DNA of 60,547 nucleotides, filler included, from Sphacelaria rigidula (lineage: Eukaryota): assembly GCA_964200075.2 (NCBI GenBank). It is 7 parts of 7 records of this genome, joined end to end, with 100 filler letters (N's around TTAATTAATTAA, not from the genome) between each part and the next. Parts side by side here need not be neighbours in the genome. Positions count along the whole stretch, not along the records: positions 34,657 to 43,220 come from CAXNAA020010767.1; positions 43,321 to 51,884 come from CAXNAA020010768.1; 5 more parts are not named here. One strand, written 5' to 3'. Each line of letters starts with the position of its first letter. Within the stretch, counting starts at the first letter, position 1. A program made the translations under genes and the position numbers. The notes under the pieces were generated by a model. It ran no database searches, was not told the DNA's origin, and saw only the letters and a list, made by a program, of their open reading frames with translations. Below are positions 38,744-50,514 of this stretch, in pieces.

Positions 38744-41452
38744 CAGTCGAAGAGAGAGCGAGAACGGACATCACCGGCGTTCATCACCTTCGAAGTTGAA
38801 GAAGCACAGTCTCGCCGGTGACGACGCCAAGCCTACTCCTTCAATGACCCGCGATCGCACAGAAGATAATTCCGGAGTTCCGATAAACAGGTCACCGACA
38901 CGTCAAATCGCCACCGACTCTCCCGGCGGCCGCAGAGCGGCTGGCAATCATGACCGTAACCCCGAATTCTCACGCAGGGATCGAGATAGTGACAAGGCAG
39001 AACGCGGGCGGCGATCGCCATCGCCGCCTAGCGGCGATCGCGGCCGCTCCCGGAAAACATCGAGCTATTCTTCGTCGAATCCTCTCGCTGATGCCGTTAC
39101 CAACAGCAGCGGCAGCGGCAAGGCTACGCGTGGACAATACGACACGTCACACGGTCAACCACACCGCCGTCGGCAGGGTCGCGACTCTCGTCCCTCCTCC
39201 GAATCGCCGCGTTCGCCAGTTGGAAACGAGTCTTCTCCTTCTCCCGCGAGGAAAGATACTCCGCGTACTATCCGACAGAGTAACGCCAATGAAGGTAGCG
39301 GAGAAGACCCTTTCTCGTCCTCTCCCGAGGCGAGTTCTACTGTTCTTGAGCAGAAGAAGTCATTGGCCCCCGTCGCAACTCGTCGGCCGTTATCATCATC
39401 AGAGTCTCCTCGCAGGAACGACGACCAGGTAGGAAAGCGACCGATCGCGCGTAACGGTGTCCGCTCCCTGTCCTCGAAAGAGCGGAGGAAGAAGCGCTCG
39501 GATTCGACAGGTTCAGTTTCTTCTAGAACTAATTCGCCTATTTCAAACAGAGTTGCCGCGTTTTCCCGGGACACAAGACGAAGTGACGACCACGAGCTCG
39601 GTGATGGTGGCGATGGCAAGGACGAGGATGAGGATGAGGAGGAGGGGGAGCCATCTCGCCGATCACCCCCATCTTCCGCCGCCCACCGACCACGGCAGAG
39701 CCAACAGCAGAGCCGTCGCCGCGGGTCGTATTCAAACTCGCCGTCGCGTTCCGCGTCGCCGTCTGTCCGTCGGCCATCATCCGACGCCAGCAGCAGCAGG
39801 AAACACACGGAGCAGGACGAAATCAAGAAGAAGCGCCAGACCGACGGCACTCTCTCGACCAACGTGGAACACGAGCGGAGCCTGTCGAAGTCCAAGCAAA
39901 ACCGCATGATTGCGCCGGCGGCGGCGGCGGCGGCGGCGACCGGCGGAGATAGCGATGCTTCCTCTTATTCCGACCTCGAACGACGTAGACGCAGGAAGAA
40001 CCGCAAGGCTTCTGCCGATTTTTCGGTGAATGATCACAGAACTGCTGGTAGCGGTTCTCCGTCCGCTGCCGAAGGAAGCGACCAGCGCCGGAAGGACAAA
40101 GGTCGACAACTTCAACGAGGGGACACCGTGCAGTCGTTGCCGTTATCATCGGAGGAGGAAGAAACAGCGACCCGCGGGCACCTCCGCACCAGGTCTGCGT
40201 CAGTCTCCGCCTCACCACCTCCGAAAGCGCGGAAGATTGTGCTCGAGAAAGGTGTAGGGCGTGTCAAGGCTGTCGCCGGCGGCGGTGGTGGCGGCAGCGG
40301 CGGCGCGGTCGACTGTGAGGGTAACGGGAAGGAGAGAAGTGGGAGTAAAGACAAGACTGCTCGAGATGAACGTTCGGCCGTTCCCGTCAAGAAGAAAAAG
40401 AAGAAGCGGGAGGGTGACAGGGAAGGTAGACGGACTGAGAAGGCTCATGCGAACAAAGAGAATGATGTGGACGGGCGTTCTTACTTCCGGGATGACGGCA
40501 GTGACGCGCGAGACCGTTCGCCGCGTGACATCACCGCTGACAAGAAGGAGGGGAACAAGAAGATGAAGAAGAAGAAGAAGAAGCAGAGCGGCGATCGTTA
40601 TTCTGTAGAGGAGCGTGACAGAGGTGATGGTGACAAGCGGGGGGAAGTAGGCGATGCGGAACTGTCTCGATCGGGACGAGAGGGCGGGGGGGGGGGCGAC
40701 ACGGAGAGGGAGTCCCGTTCGATGGATAGGGCGCGACAGGTGTCCTCAAGCCACGACGATGAAGATCATTTCGCTGCCTCATCCTCACTGATGAAAAAGA
40801 AGAAAAAGAAGAAGAAAAAGATGCTAACGGACGCATCCGATGAAATAGCGGGCGACCGATACGATGGCGGGGATGATGGTGGGGGTAACAGCGGCGAACC
40901 GGCGCGGTCACCGAAAACGTCGAAGGCGAACAAGATGGCAGCAACAGTCTCGAAGACCAAGGAGAAGGCGGAGAAGCGCGATTCCGTGCGCGCCGGGCAC
41001 AGCCACGAAGGAGCGGCGGCAGCGACGGAGACCGCAGCGCCTCCTGAAAGCCGTCCTAGCGATGAAGCGCAAGACGACCCCGACGTTATCCCGCCGCAGC
41101 AGAGGAAGAAAAAGAAGAAAAAGTTACGGGTGCCGGATATCGATGATTCAGCTGTCGCTATCCCGCGCGTGTTTCCCCCGTCGTCCTCGTCCTCCGCCGG
41201 CGCCGGCGCCGTCGGTCGCAATCATCTGCACAACAACGGCGGCGTTTGGAACTCTAGCGGAGGGAGACAGCGCAAGATGTCTGGGGCAGGGAGTGAGATG
41301 GATGGGGTGAGCGGCGTTGATAACGAAGGGGTAGCGAGCAAGCGGAAAGACTCGGTGGCGGCGGCGGCGGTTGAAAAGGAGGTGGAGTTGAGCCCAGAGG
41401 ACGAGGAGCTCATGGCAGGACTCCGGAAGTACTTGAGGGATAAGCATGTCAA
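38744..41452 (+). CDS. 2.7-kb exon of the same Ser/Arg/Lys-rich, probably nuclear protein; gene likely continues 3'
   Basis: ORF 38673-41456; CAGCAG acceptor 38741-38746 fits the phase-2 donor at 37161; AA|GTGAGT donor at 41453; RS/SP motifs and poly-Lys tracts. Confidence 0.85.
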
Positions 41453-42319
41453 GTGAGTATGGCGACCGCGGTGTGTGTGTTTTGTATTGCGTCCGCCAGT
41501 TTCTCAGTGTGACTAATTTTATTTCTTTCATGCATCCGTGCACGTGTACGTCGGAGGATGCACAGCTTTGCCTTCCTGTAAGGTAACTAGAGGTCGTGTG
41601 TGAACTTTTGATGAGAGTGCAAAATCTTGCCCTCATGGGTGTCGTGTTTTATTGTGTACAGTGATGTAGTAATCTCGATTTCTTGCTTAGTTGACTAGGC
41701 ACTTTTTCATACCCTGGACAATAGAATATACGGTCGAAAAACGTACTGCGTACAGTATGGNNNNNNNNNCAATAGACAATAGATTCCATACTGTACGCAG
41801 TACATTTTTCGATCGTGTATTCTGTTGTCCAGGGTATGCACTTTTTGTTTTCTTTATTTCCTTCTTGTCGAACAAATTGTTCTGTGATGTAAAAGTGTGT
41901 ATATATTGTTCTCTATGCTCGATTTTTCGCGATGAAAAACTGTATATGATGTGTATAATTTTATTGCACATACTCGGAAGTCAACCTACAACACTACAAG
42001 AGAAAGGCCAGAAATTTTTGCGGTTAATCTTTCTACCCATTTAATATATTTTTTGTTTTGAGTCAGTGCAAAATATACCGCAAAAGCGTCACCGCTAGCT
42101 ATCGGTATACTGACTCATGTACGAAAAAAATAACCCAAAAGGTCAATGCGTGGCTCTTCGGCATCAAAATTTGAACTTCCGAGTACCATTTTATATAAAT
42201 GCAAATCGCAGATATGTTGTTTCTCAAAAATACAGGAGCAGCTTCCCCCTAGCATTCAACAAGCAACATGCCATTGATCAAGCCAATATCCAAACAACCC
42301 ATTTATTTTCTTCTGTTCG

Positions 42320-42825
42320 CATATGATGCGATCACTTTTTATTCTAAAAAAATTGACGGGCGAAAGTAATGATATTCGAATTTAAGCGTACAATACCGCT
42401 GTAAAAATAAACCATGAACTTTTCCTTGTTTTACATTCCTTTCTTCATTTAATCAAGTGAGCAATCAAAATCAATTCAGTGACGCAGTTTGTGACCAATA
42501 ATATCTTTCTATTATTTTTATGTACATATGTTTTGTCATGTTCTTGTTTCGCGTATACAGATCGCTCAATACTCAATACAGCGAACTTTTTTTTTCCCCT
42601 TTGTCGAAAATTGATCGGCGGAAGAAATTTTCATTCGGAGTTTAGCGTGCAATACCGCTGTGAGAGTAAACCGTCAACCTTTCCTTGTTTTGCATTTTTT
42701 TCCTTCACTTAGTCAAGTGATCAATGAATTCAGTGATGCAGTGCTTACGCATGCACATTTATCTCCATATTAATACATGTTTTTGCCATTTTTTACGTTT
42801 TTCGCGTATGCAGATCGCTCAAAGT
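42320..42825. repeat. AT-rich tandem duplication, two units of about 260 bp
   Basis: caataccgctgt, ttttccttgtttt, tcaagtga, aattcagtga.gcagt and tttcgcgtat.cagatcgctcaa each occur twice about 260 bp apart. Confidence 0.85.
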
Positions 42826-43917
42826 GGGCTCACAACAACACACGCACATGGATGTATATATAAATATAGTTGTATTGCTTTCCGTCGTGCTTTTACTTCT
42901 AACCCTTCCCGTTCTCATGACGAGTTCCTCTGCTTGCTTCCCGAGTGATGAATGAATCCATCTCTTCGCCTGGTGCCCGTTTGGCAATTTGATATGGAGC
43001 GTTGGATGCTGACTGTCAACATTTTTCATGATCTCTCTTGTCTTATTTTCTCAACTAACGCCCTTGCTTTTCGACGACGAAAACCAGCACTCGCAACCAT
43101 AGAGCGCTTTTATTACTGTGAGGATTCCAACATGCTCCGTCTCGAAAGGGATGCGTGGTCAATGGTCAAATGACTAAGGCAAGCAACAAATGAGGACACG
43201 GCCGCCCACGCCGCCCGCCCNNNNNNNNNNNNNNNNNNNNNNNNNNNNNNNNNNNNNNNNNNNNTTAATTAATTAANNNNNNNNNNNNNNNNNNNNNNNN
43301 NNNNNNNNNNNNNNNNNNNNGGCGCTGTATGGTCATTTTTTTTGTGACACTTTTAGCTGGTTTTGGGGGGGGGGCTATCGTAGAAAGTGTCTACTGACTG
43401 TATTCCGCGTTGGATGTGCTGGCTCCGATTGAACAGAGTGTGATCCAAGTCACCACGATCGGGATGGTCATACAACACAGGCCAGCCGCACGTGTTTTGC
43501 CATTATCCGAGGATACAGATGGTGCACCCGGATGCACATGTAATGTTTTCGGCACACGGGTGGGACATGACGCCTGGACCATCATCGCGTGAGATTTACA
43601 ATAGTGTCGACAGCGTCTTGTTTCCTCCCATTTGTACAGGACCGCAAGGCACCCGTACCGAGCAACACAGTGCACACCACCGAACGCGGGACATAGTCAC
43701 TTTCTCAGCCTGCGACTCGCGCCGACGATCCAGCCTTCAACATTGAATTTGATATATGCCGCGTGTTGGGCCGTAGATCCTTCCCAAGGGACTCCTCGCT
43801 CGTGTAGATTATACCTACTTTGGGGATGCTCTAAGCTGGTATTGTACACGATGACTGTTGTACACGAAAATGCGCACACACTTTACGTTTTGGTTTTGGC
43901 GCAACACTGAGTGTCAC

Positions 43918-46377
43918 CTACGATGTATCGTCTGCCCGAGGAGGACGACTAGACACTCCGAGCTCCAACTTCACGTTCGAATTCTCCTCCACCTGTTCAA
44001 AGTCCACATGAAACGTGCCCAGGCATCCATGTGCCATAGCTGGCGAACCAAAAATCCGCCCCGAACTCACACCGCCACTCCCAATGACACTGCTACGACG
44101 ACCCTCGTTGGTCCAATCATTTGAACGGGCACCCTGCTCGCGACCCTCGCTGCCCGTATCGCCACCGTGTGTTGCAGAACGGACTGCTAGCTTTACCTTC
44201 ATCCAATCTCCTGCACTAGCCTCTGACAACATCTCACCAGCCCCTGAAGCTAGGCGTTTTGTTCTGACGACCCGCCTGGGACCGGCAAACGCACTCTGGC
44301 GAGCACCAACACCGTCGTTTGCAACAGAACCCGAGAATCCCGGGTGCTTGCGTTTCGTTCCTCGTACATCGGCAACGCTTCCTCCATCAACCTTTGTTGG
44401 ACTATGGAGGGGGGTGCCCTCCCCAATGTGAAGCCTCGCGGTGTCGGGCGCCGCAGCTGTATCGTGTGCAGAGGTATGTTTTCGGCAGACCTTTGCCTCA
44501 TCAACGGTGTGCCTCTCATTGACAGTCAATTCGGACCACCCCTTTTCACATTTGTCGCTCACCACGTTTAATATTCCTGATCCCCCATGCTTGGAACAGA
44601 ACCCCGCTTTCATGCTTCCCGCCACACCAAACGATGACTTGGTCGAGCAGCCTTCGTAGCTGCACTTCTTGTTGATCACACTCACCATTTCCGAACTCGC
44701 ATGCTTGGAGCAGAACTCGGCCTTCTTACTTCCCGCTACACCATACGACGGAAGCGTGGAGCAGCCTTCGTAGCCGCATTTCCTGTGCTTAACATTGACC
44801 ATTCCCGACCTCGCATGCTTGGAGCAGAACTCGGCTTTGTTACTTCCCGCTACACCATACGTCGGAAGCGTGGAGCAGCCCACGTAGCCGCACTTCTTGT
44901 TTACCACATTCACCATTCCCGACCTCGCATGCTTGGAGCAGAACTCGGCCTTGTTACTTCCCGCTACACCATACGACGGACGCGTGGAGCAGCCCACGTA
45001 GCTGCACTTCTTGTTTACCACGCTCACCATTCCCGACCTTGCATGCTTAAAGCAGAACTCGGCCTCGTTGCTTCCATCTACACCATACGACGGCTTCGTC
45101 GAGCAGCCTTCGTAGCCGCACGTCCTGTGCACAACACTCACCATTCCCGACCTCGCGTGCTTGGGGCAGAATTCCGCCTTCTTGCTCCCCGCCACACCAT
45201 ACGACGGCTGCTTGGCGCAGGCCTCGTAGCCGCACTTCATGTGTTTAACACTCACCATTCCCGACCTCGCATGCTTGGAGCAGAACTCGGCCTTGTTACT
45301 TCCCGCCACACCATACGACGGAAGCGTGGAGCAGCCCACGAAGCCGCACTTCTTGTTCACCACATTCACCATTCCAGATCTCGCATGCGTGGAGCAGAAC
45401 TCGGCCTTGTTACTCCCGGCTACACCATACGACGGCTTCGTCGAGCAGCCTTCGTAGCCGCACGTCCTGTGCACAACATTAACCATTCCCGATCTCGCAT
45501 GCTTGAGGCAGAATTCCGCCTTTTTGCTCCCCGCCACACCATACGACGACTGCTTGATGCAGGCCTCGTAGTCGCACTTCTTGTCCACCACATTCACCAT
45601 TCCCATCGTCGCATGCTTGGAGCAGAATTCCGCCTTCTTGCTCCCGGCCACACCATACGACCGGTGCGTGAAGCAGCCCCCGTAGCCGCACATCTTGTTC
45701 ACCACATTCACCATTCCCATCGTCGCATGCTTGGAGCAAAACTCCGCCGCCTTGCTCCCCGCTACACCATACGAACGCTTCGTCGAGCAGCCCTCATAGC
45801 CGCACTCCTTCTTCGCCACATTCACCATTCCCGACCTCGCATGCTTGGAGCAGAACTCCGTCTTCTTGCTCCCCGCCACACCGTACGACGGAAGCGTGAA
45901 GCAGCGTTCATAGCCGCACTTCTTGTTCACCACATTCACCATTCCCATCGTCGCATGCTTGGAGCAGAACTCCGCCTTCTTGCTCCCCACTACACCATAC
46001 GACGGCTGCGTGGAGCAGTCCTCATAGCCGCACTTCTTGCTCACCACATTCACCATTCCCACTCTCACATGCTTGGAGCAGAACTCCGCCTTGTTACTTC
46101 CCGATACACCATACGACGGCGTTGTCGAGCAGCCCTCATAGCCGCACTTCTTCTTCACCACATTAACCATTCCCGACCTCGCATGCTTGGAGCAGAACTC
46201 TGCTTTCTTGCTCCCCGACACGCCATACGACGGAAGCGTGGAGCAGCGGTCGTAGCCGCACTTCTTGTTCACATCCATATTTCCTACCCTGGCGTGGTTG
46301 GAGCAGACCTCCGCCTCGTAGCCCTGTACACCGCGAGATGACGGCTTGTTGGAGCAAACGTTTGTAATGCACACTTT
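43918..46377 (-). CDS. EsV-1-7 cysteine-rich repeat protein: 15 full plus 2 degenerate 38-aa C-x4-C-x16-C-x2-H repeats and a low-complexity C-terminal tail
   Basis: Uninterrupted 818-aa ORF, consensus KKCGYEGCSTxPSYGVAGSKKAEFCSKHARSGMVNVVN; 114-bp unit array about 44557-46266; first in-frame ATG at 46278, or CAG acceptor at 46380-46378. Confidence 0.92.
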   Translation of the reverse strand, partial: KVCITNVCSNKPSSRGVQGYEAEVCSNHARVGNMDVNKKCGYDRCSTLPSYGVSGSKKAEFCSKHARSGMVNVVKKKCGYEGCSTTPSYGVSGSNKAEFCSKHVRVGMVNVVSKKCGYEDCSTQPSYGVVGSKKAEFCSKHATMGMVNVVNKKCGYERCFTLPSYGVAGSKKTEFCSKHARSGMVNVAKKECGYEGCSTKRSYGVAGSKAAEFCSKHATMGMVNVVNKMCGYGGCFTHRSYGVAGSKKAEFCSKHATMGMVNVVDKKCDYEACIKQSSYGVAGSKKAEFCLKHARSGMVNVVHRTCGYEGCSTKPSYGVAGSNKAEFCSTHARSGMVNVVNKKCGFVGCSTLPSYGVAGSNKAEFCSKHARSGMVSVKHMKCGYEACAKQPSYGVAGSKKAEFCPKHARSGMVSVVHRTCGYEGCSTKPSYGVDGSNEAEFCFKHARSGMVSVVNKKCSYVGCSTRPSYGVAGSNKAEFCSKHARSGMVNVVNKKCGYVGCSTLPTYGVAGSNKAEFCSKHARSGMVNVKHRKCGYEGCSTLPSYGVAGSKKAEFCSKHASSEMVSVINKKCSYEGCSTKSSFGVAGSMKAGFCSKHGGSGILNVVSDKCEKGWSELTVNERHTVDEAKVCRKHTSAHDTAAAPDTARLHIGEGTPLHSPTKVDGGSVADVRGTKRKHPGFSGSVANDGVGARQSAFAGPRRVVRTKRLASGAGEMLSEASAGDWMKVKLAVRSATHGGDTGSEGREQGARSNDWTNEGRRSSVIGSGGVSSGRIFGSPAMAHGCLGTFHVDFEQVEENSNVKLELGVSSRPPRADDTS

Positions 46378-47687
46378 CTGGCTACGTCAACCACGGGGTC
46401 CTCCGTGTCGTGCTCCCTTGAAAACCAACTGCTCACAGAAGCACAAACATCAAAAGGGCAGAAAATACCTCGTGAGCCACGGGTGAAAGTGAGTTGAAAC
46501 GCCTCGCAGAACAGGTGGCGTTACTTTCACGGCACATACTCCGGAAAAAATGTAGCAGCCTGCCGTCAAACGCAAACGACTCTCCATGTAAAGCTGACCC
46601 CGAAAATTACAAAGATACTCGCAAAATGAGTCCAAGGAATGGGACGTTCTTCACACAATCGCGCAAGGGGTCGGGAGCGGATTGGGATGAAATGTAGAAC
46701 AATAGCAGGATGTTCAATACACAAAACATGTGAAGCACAACGCCAATGCTAAAGCATACTCAGCCATATCACATATATCTGACATTGATGTATTCAATAA
46801 TACAAAACCCAGGGCTTGTACGTCATACAGAACGAGCCAGCTAGAAATCATTGTGCAAAGTGAAGGGCCAGACGACATCACCGAAGGATTCAGCGATCGC
46901 TATGCAGCATCACAAACGCAATGCACGTGAGTAAACATAAAACAGGCGCGTGTGGTGAGGGGTGGACAGCTTTTGCGTTAAACATCGCCTGCAAAAATGC
47001 ACGGGTCATACATGGCTCAGGAGAAGGGTCACGGCGATGTTGAACTCTGGGACTGGACGACTCGAAAGCGCACGTGTAAATAATGTACCGCACGTATTAC
47101 TGCGGGGGCTTGTAAGCCGCTACGGCTCTCCAAGCCGCTACAGAGTTTCAGCTGCTGGTCTGTGTTGCGAACTCCGGGAGAGCAATGACGATAATAAACG
47201 AGGTTTGTCCGGAAATCGATATCCAAATCACACCAGCAACAATGCTGAAAGGGTTGTGATCAAATCAGCTGTGGCGAGACCTACATCGCTGACCGAAATC
47301 TACCCAGGTGACTCTGTGCTGTCAGCATCACTCTGCAGCCTCTGGGAAATTTTTGGTAGTATCCGACTTGTGCAACGATTGCGTCCGCTCCTTGCAAGAT
47401 TTGTGGAGTCTCCCACAGAATTGAATTACTTGCCACTGTGGTGGAGATCAAAACTGAAACAAAAGCTATACAGTGAGTTGGAATTAAGAGTACTGCAGTG
47501 ACAAGATCTATCATCACCGTTTCGATGCACACTCGGTCTACATGGCACCATATGCTACGACAACGCCGAGACGCATCGCAGAAACACGGTTCTTTGTCGG
47601 TACTAGCAGGCAAAGATTTCAACAGGTGCGCGCCGGCGTGCCAAGGTACCTGCGGGTGCGTGGTTCGCACCAGCCTCTTGTTTTTAC

Positions 47688-47900
47688 CTTCCTCTTGGGT
47701 TCATGGTTGCACAAATTAGTGGCAGTGCCACGAACATCGTCGGCAAACGTATTGCAGCCACAAGAGTACCCTGGATGGACGAAGCAACTCCGAGATTCAC
47801 TAGAGGAACACGGTAAGTGAGCCGGCGGTGTGATGTCCAAAAATGCTTCATCGGCTGCGCTGTGGCGTGGACGGAAAGTATTTGGTCGCCGTAACTCCAT
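47688..47900 (-). CDS. Candidate first coding exon of the EsV-1-7 gene (MELRRPNTF...NHEPKRK)
   Basis: ATG at 47900; AAG|GTAAAA donor at 47687 in phase 0, compatible with the phase-0 acceptor at 46377; no homology support. Confidence 0.35.
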
Positions 47901-49039
47901 ATTTTTCGAGCGTCTGTACTACACATGATTCCTGATTGTATAAAATAGGATTTACAAGAGCCTGAGTTCCCAAAGGCACACAATACCCATCGTCGGGATG
48001 ATATGAATCTGCTGCTGAGCTGTGCCATGTCGTGGCAATCGGTGGTGTTCATCAGCTGCATTGGTGATTCTACAAATCGTCGCCACATACATTGTGCTTG
48101 ACGGGGTGCTATGTGACGTCGGTGCGTGTATGCTGGGCTGGCCATGACCTGAAATATAACGGAAATGCACAAACTGACTGTATAGTGTTGAGTACACAAC
48201 ATATTACTACGCAGTACGGCAGTCACAGAGCAACGCACGCTATCTGCGCAGCAAGCGCAAGGCCGAAGAGCGTGAAACAAACTGCGCAACGCACTGCACC
48301 ATTGATACTTGGACGGGCGGCATTACGTCGGTCACGCTCACTGGTGAAGCGTGCGCTCCGTTTATTTCACCGAGCAAGCCAACACATAGAACATACGTCC
48401 ATGCTGCATGCTTTATCCACATCTACGACAGAGCAGAACAAGATCTTCCTGCATCAGATACTCGGGTAAGTTGTACCGGACCGGTAAATATCTTACCATT
48501 TCCTCATCTCCCCTGTGTGTTGTACTCGGCCACTAGGGTTAGAAAAAGAGTACCATGTGGGCTGGACAGCAGTTGACTTCGACACTTCTTACGGCAACAA
48601 AAAAGGCAATCGACGAAAGTGGGGCGACTCATCCCTTTTTTAAACCGGAATGAGATAGTGGCAGAAGACAGATACGGGCTCTGCCTGTGCTCCTCCTGGA
48701 TCAATCAAGATCTAATCCTGACGCGAAGGAAACACGAACATTGCCTAGGCAAAGCAAATCAATCGACTTTCATCAACTTTTGGGCGCGCCTACGGGCCAA
48801 AAAGTGCCGCGGGCAACAGGGACTGGGCAGGAGGCCCCTTCTTGTCCGAAAATAGGATGGGGCTATCCATCGCCATCTAATCTTCCTCCCCACTACAAGA
48901 CACTAGACCTTCAACACGTACTAGGATTGGCATGTTCTAGTACGTTGAATGCACCCCACCAATACCCTCGAAACGAACAAGCTGGAGATTCTCTCGGTAG
49001 AGATCGAGATAGAGACGGCAAGAAAGGGCGCATGGAGAA

Positions 49040-50450
49040 GTAAAGTGTTGACGGGTATAATACTAGTAGTGCTGGTATTCGCAGTTCGTAGCGATATGAC
49101 GAAAATAGAGTAAAGGAGATGCAATGGAGTTGGACTATACTGTTCGGCGAGAGGGACTGTAGTGAGGGGGAAAGAGCATTTCCGAGTCACGCTAAAACAG
49201 AGCGCGAGCAAGGGGTGGGCAAGGATAGAGACAAGTAAGGTGTCGGCATGGGTTACAAGAGTAGAACGGATAGTATGCAAAGCTAGTGAAGCAACAATCC
49301 TAGGGCGTAGTTCACGGATAAACGGAGCGGGAGAGTAAGAGACATGATGGAAACAAGAGGAGAAGGAGCGCTCAGACGCAAAGTAGACGAGGGAGAACAC
49401 AGAAGATATACGAGGGATTGAGAGAGGGGGTAAGGATGGCAACATATTTGCATGGCCCGATGGACGCGGGGAAAATTTGAAACTGTTATCTCGGGTGGGG
49501 GACCTGGACCTGCCGAAAAGAATAAAGAGATTTACCAGTCGTCGAGAGAAGGGGGAAGTAGATGCACAGGATTGCCCCTTTGGCAAAGCAATAAGGAGAA
49601 GAAATCATTTAGTGGCAGAATGTGAACTGTACAAGGAGGAACGGGACGTGCTAGAGGGGGAGAGGCGGGACGTGAACGAAGGTGGGATGAAATTGTTTGA
49701 TGCATTAGACAGCGAAAACGGTGGTTGTACTAGGAGATAGATGGTGGCCAGAGACGGCGAAAGAGGATGGGAATGAGATATGCAAACAGTTTTTGTGTAA
49801 TAAATGGAAGAAACGTATTGAGCGCCTGAATGTTGGAGATGTTTCTATTCGGAATAGGGAAGGTGTTCTGTCCCGAAAGGGATGCGTGGTCAATGGTCAA
49901 ACGACCAAGGCAAGCAAAAAATGAGTACGATTCCCTAGTGCTACGGTGCTCCGTCGCGAAAAGGATGCGTGGTGAATGGTCCAACCATCAACGTAAGCAG
50001 CAAATCAGGACCCCCCCCCCCCGTCCCCCCACTAGTGAACCGTCTCGAAAGGGATACGTGTTCAATCGTCAGATGACTAAGGCAAGCAACAAATGAATAC
50101 GCCCCCCTCCCCCCCCTCCAGCCTGGTCCGGCGAGAACCCGGCGTGCTCCGTCCCGGTTTTGTAGGGGTGGACCCCCGATGGGGTCGGCGTCGGTTGGCG
50201 ATGACGCTATGAAACACGCCCCCTCACTGCGTAAGCTAGGCGACCAGGTTACCGGTTGTTTTTGCCTGCTTGCGTATTTTTTGCGGTAACCATGACGGTA
50301 GTCGAGCTAGATCATGTTGTGCGGCGGGAGAGAACCTCAACTCCGCACAACGGGGATGATCGTACTACGTCGTGTTTGAATGGTGAGACATCCATGAGGC
50401 AGTGTATAAGCCGTGGCTGTCTCTGGAAGTGGCGATACCAGAAAATAAAG
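49040..50450 (+). mobile_element. 5'-truncated, frameshifted LINE: ORF2 C-terminus and 3' UTR
   Basis: TYLHGPMD..KLLSRVGDLDLP..CPFGKAIRRRNHLVAEC (decayed CCHC)..LGDRWWPETAK..GCVVNGQTTKASK*; parts recur at 43139-43195, 51985-52040 and 25811-25892. Confidence 0.75.
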
Positions 50451-50514
50451 CAACTCATTGTAGGCTGTCATCCAAATGCAAGATAATCAGTACAGGCTGG
50501 TCCACGGGAAAAAA

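Noticed and set aside
44701-46341. 546-aa His/Arg-rich ORF antisense to the EsV-1-7 gene
   Set aside because: Shadow frame: one stop-free 114-bp unit repeated; it spans only the array, and the minus frame carries the recognisable motif
36088-46377. EsV-1-7 gene nested in an intron of the RS-rich gene
   Set aside because: Separated by the artificial spacer at 43221-43320
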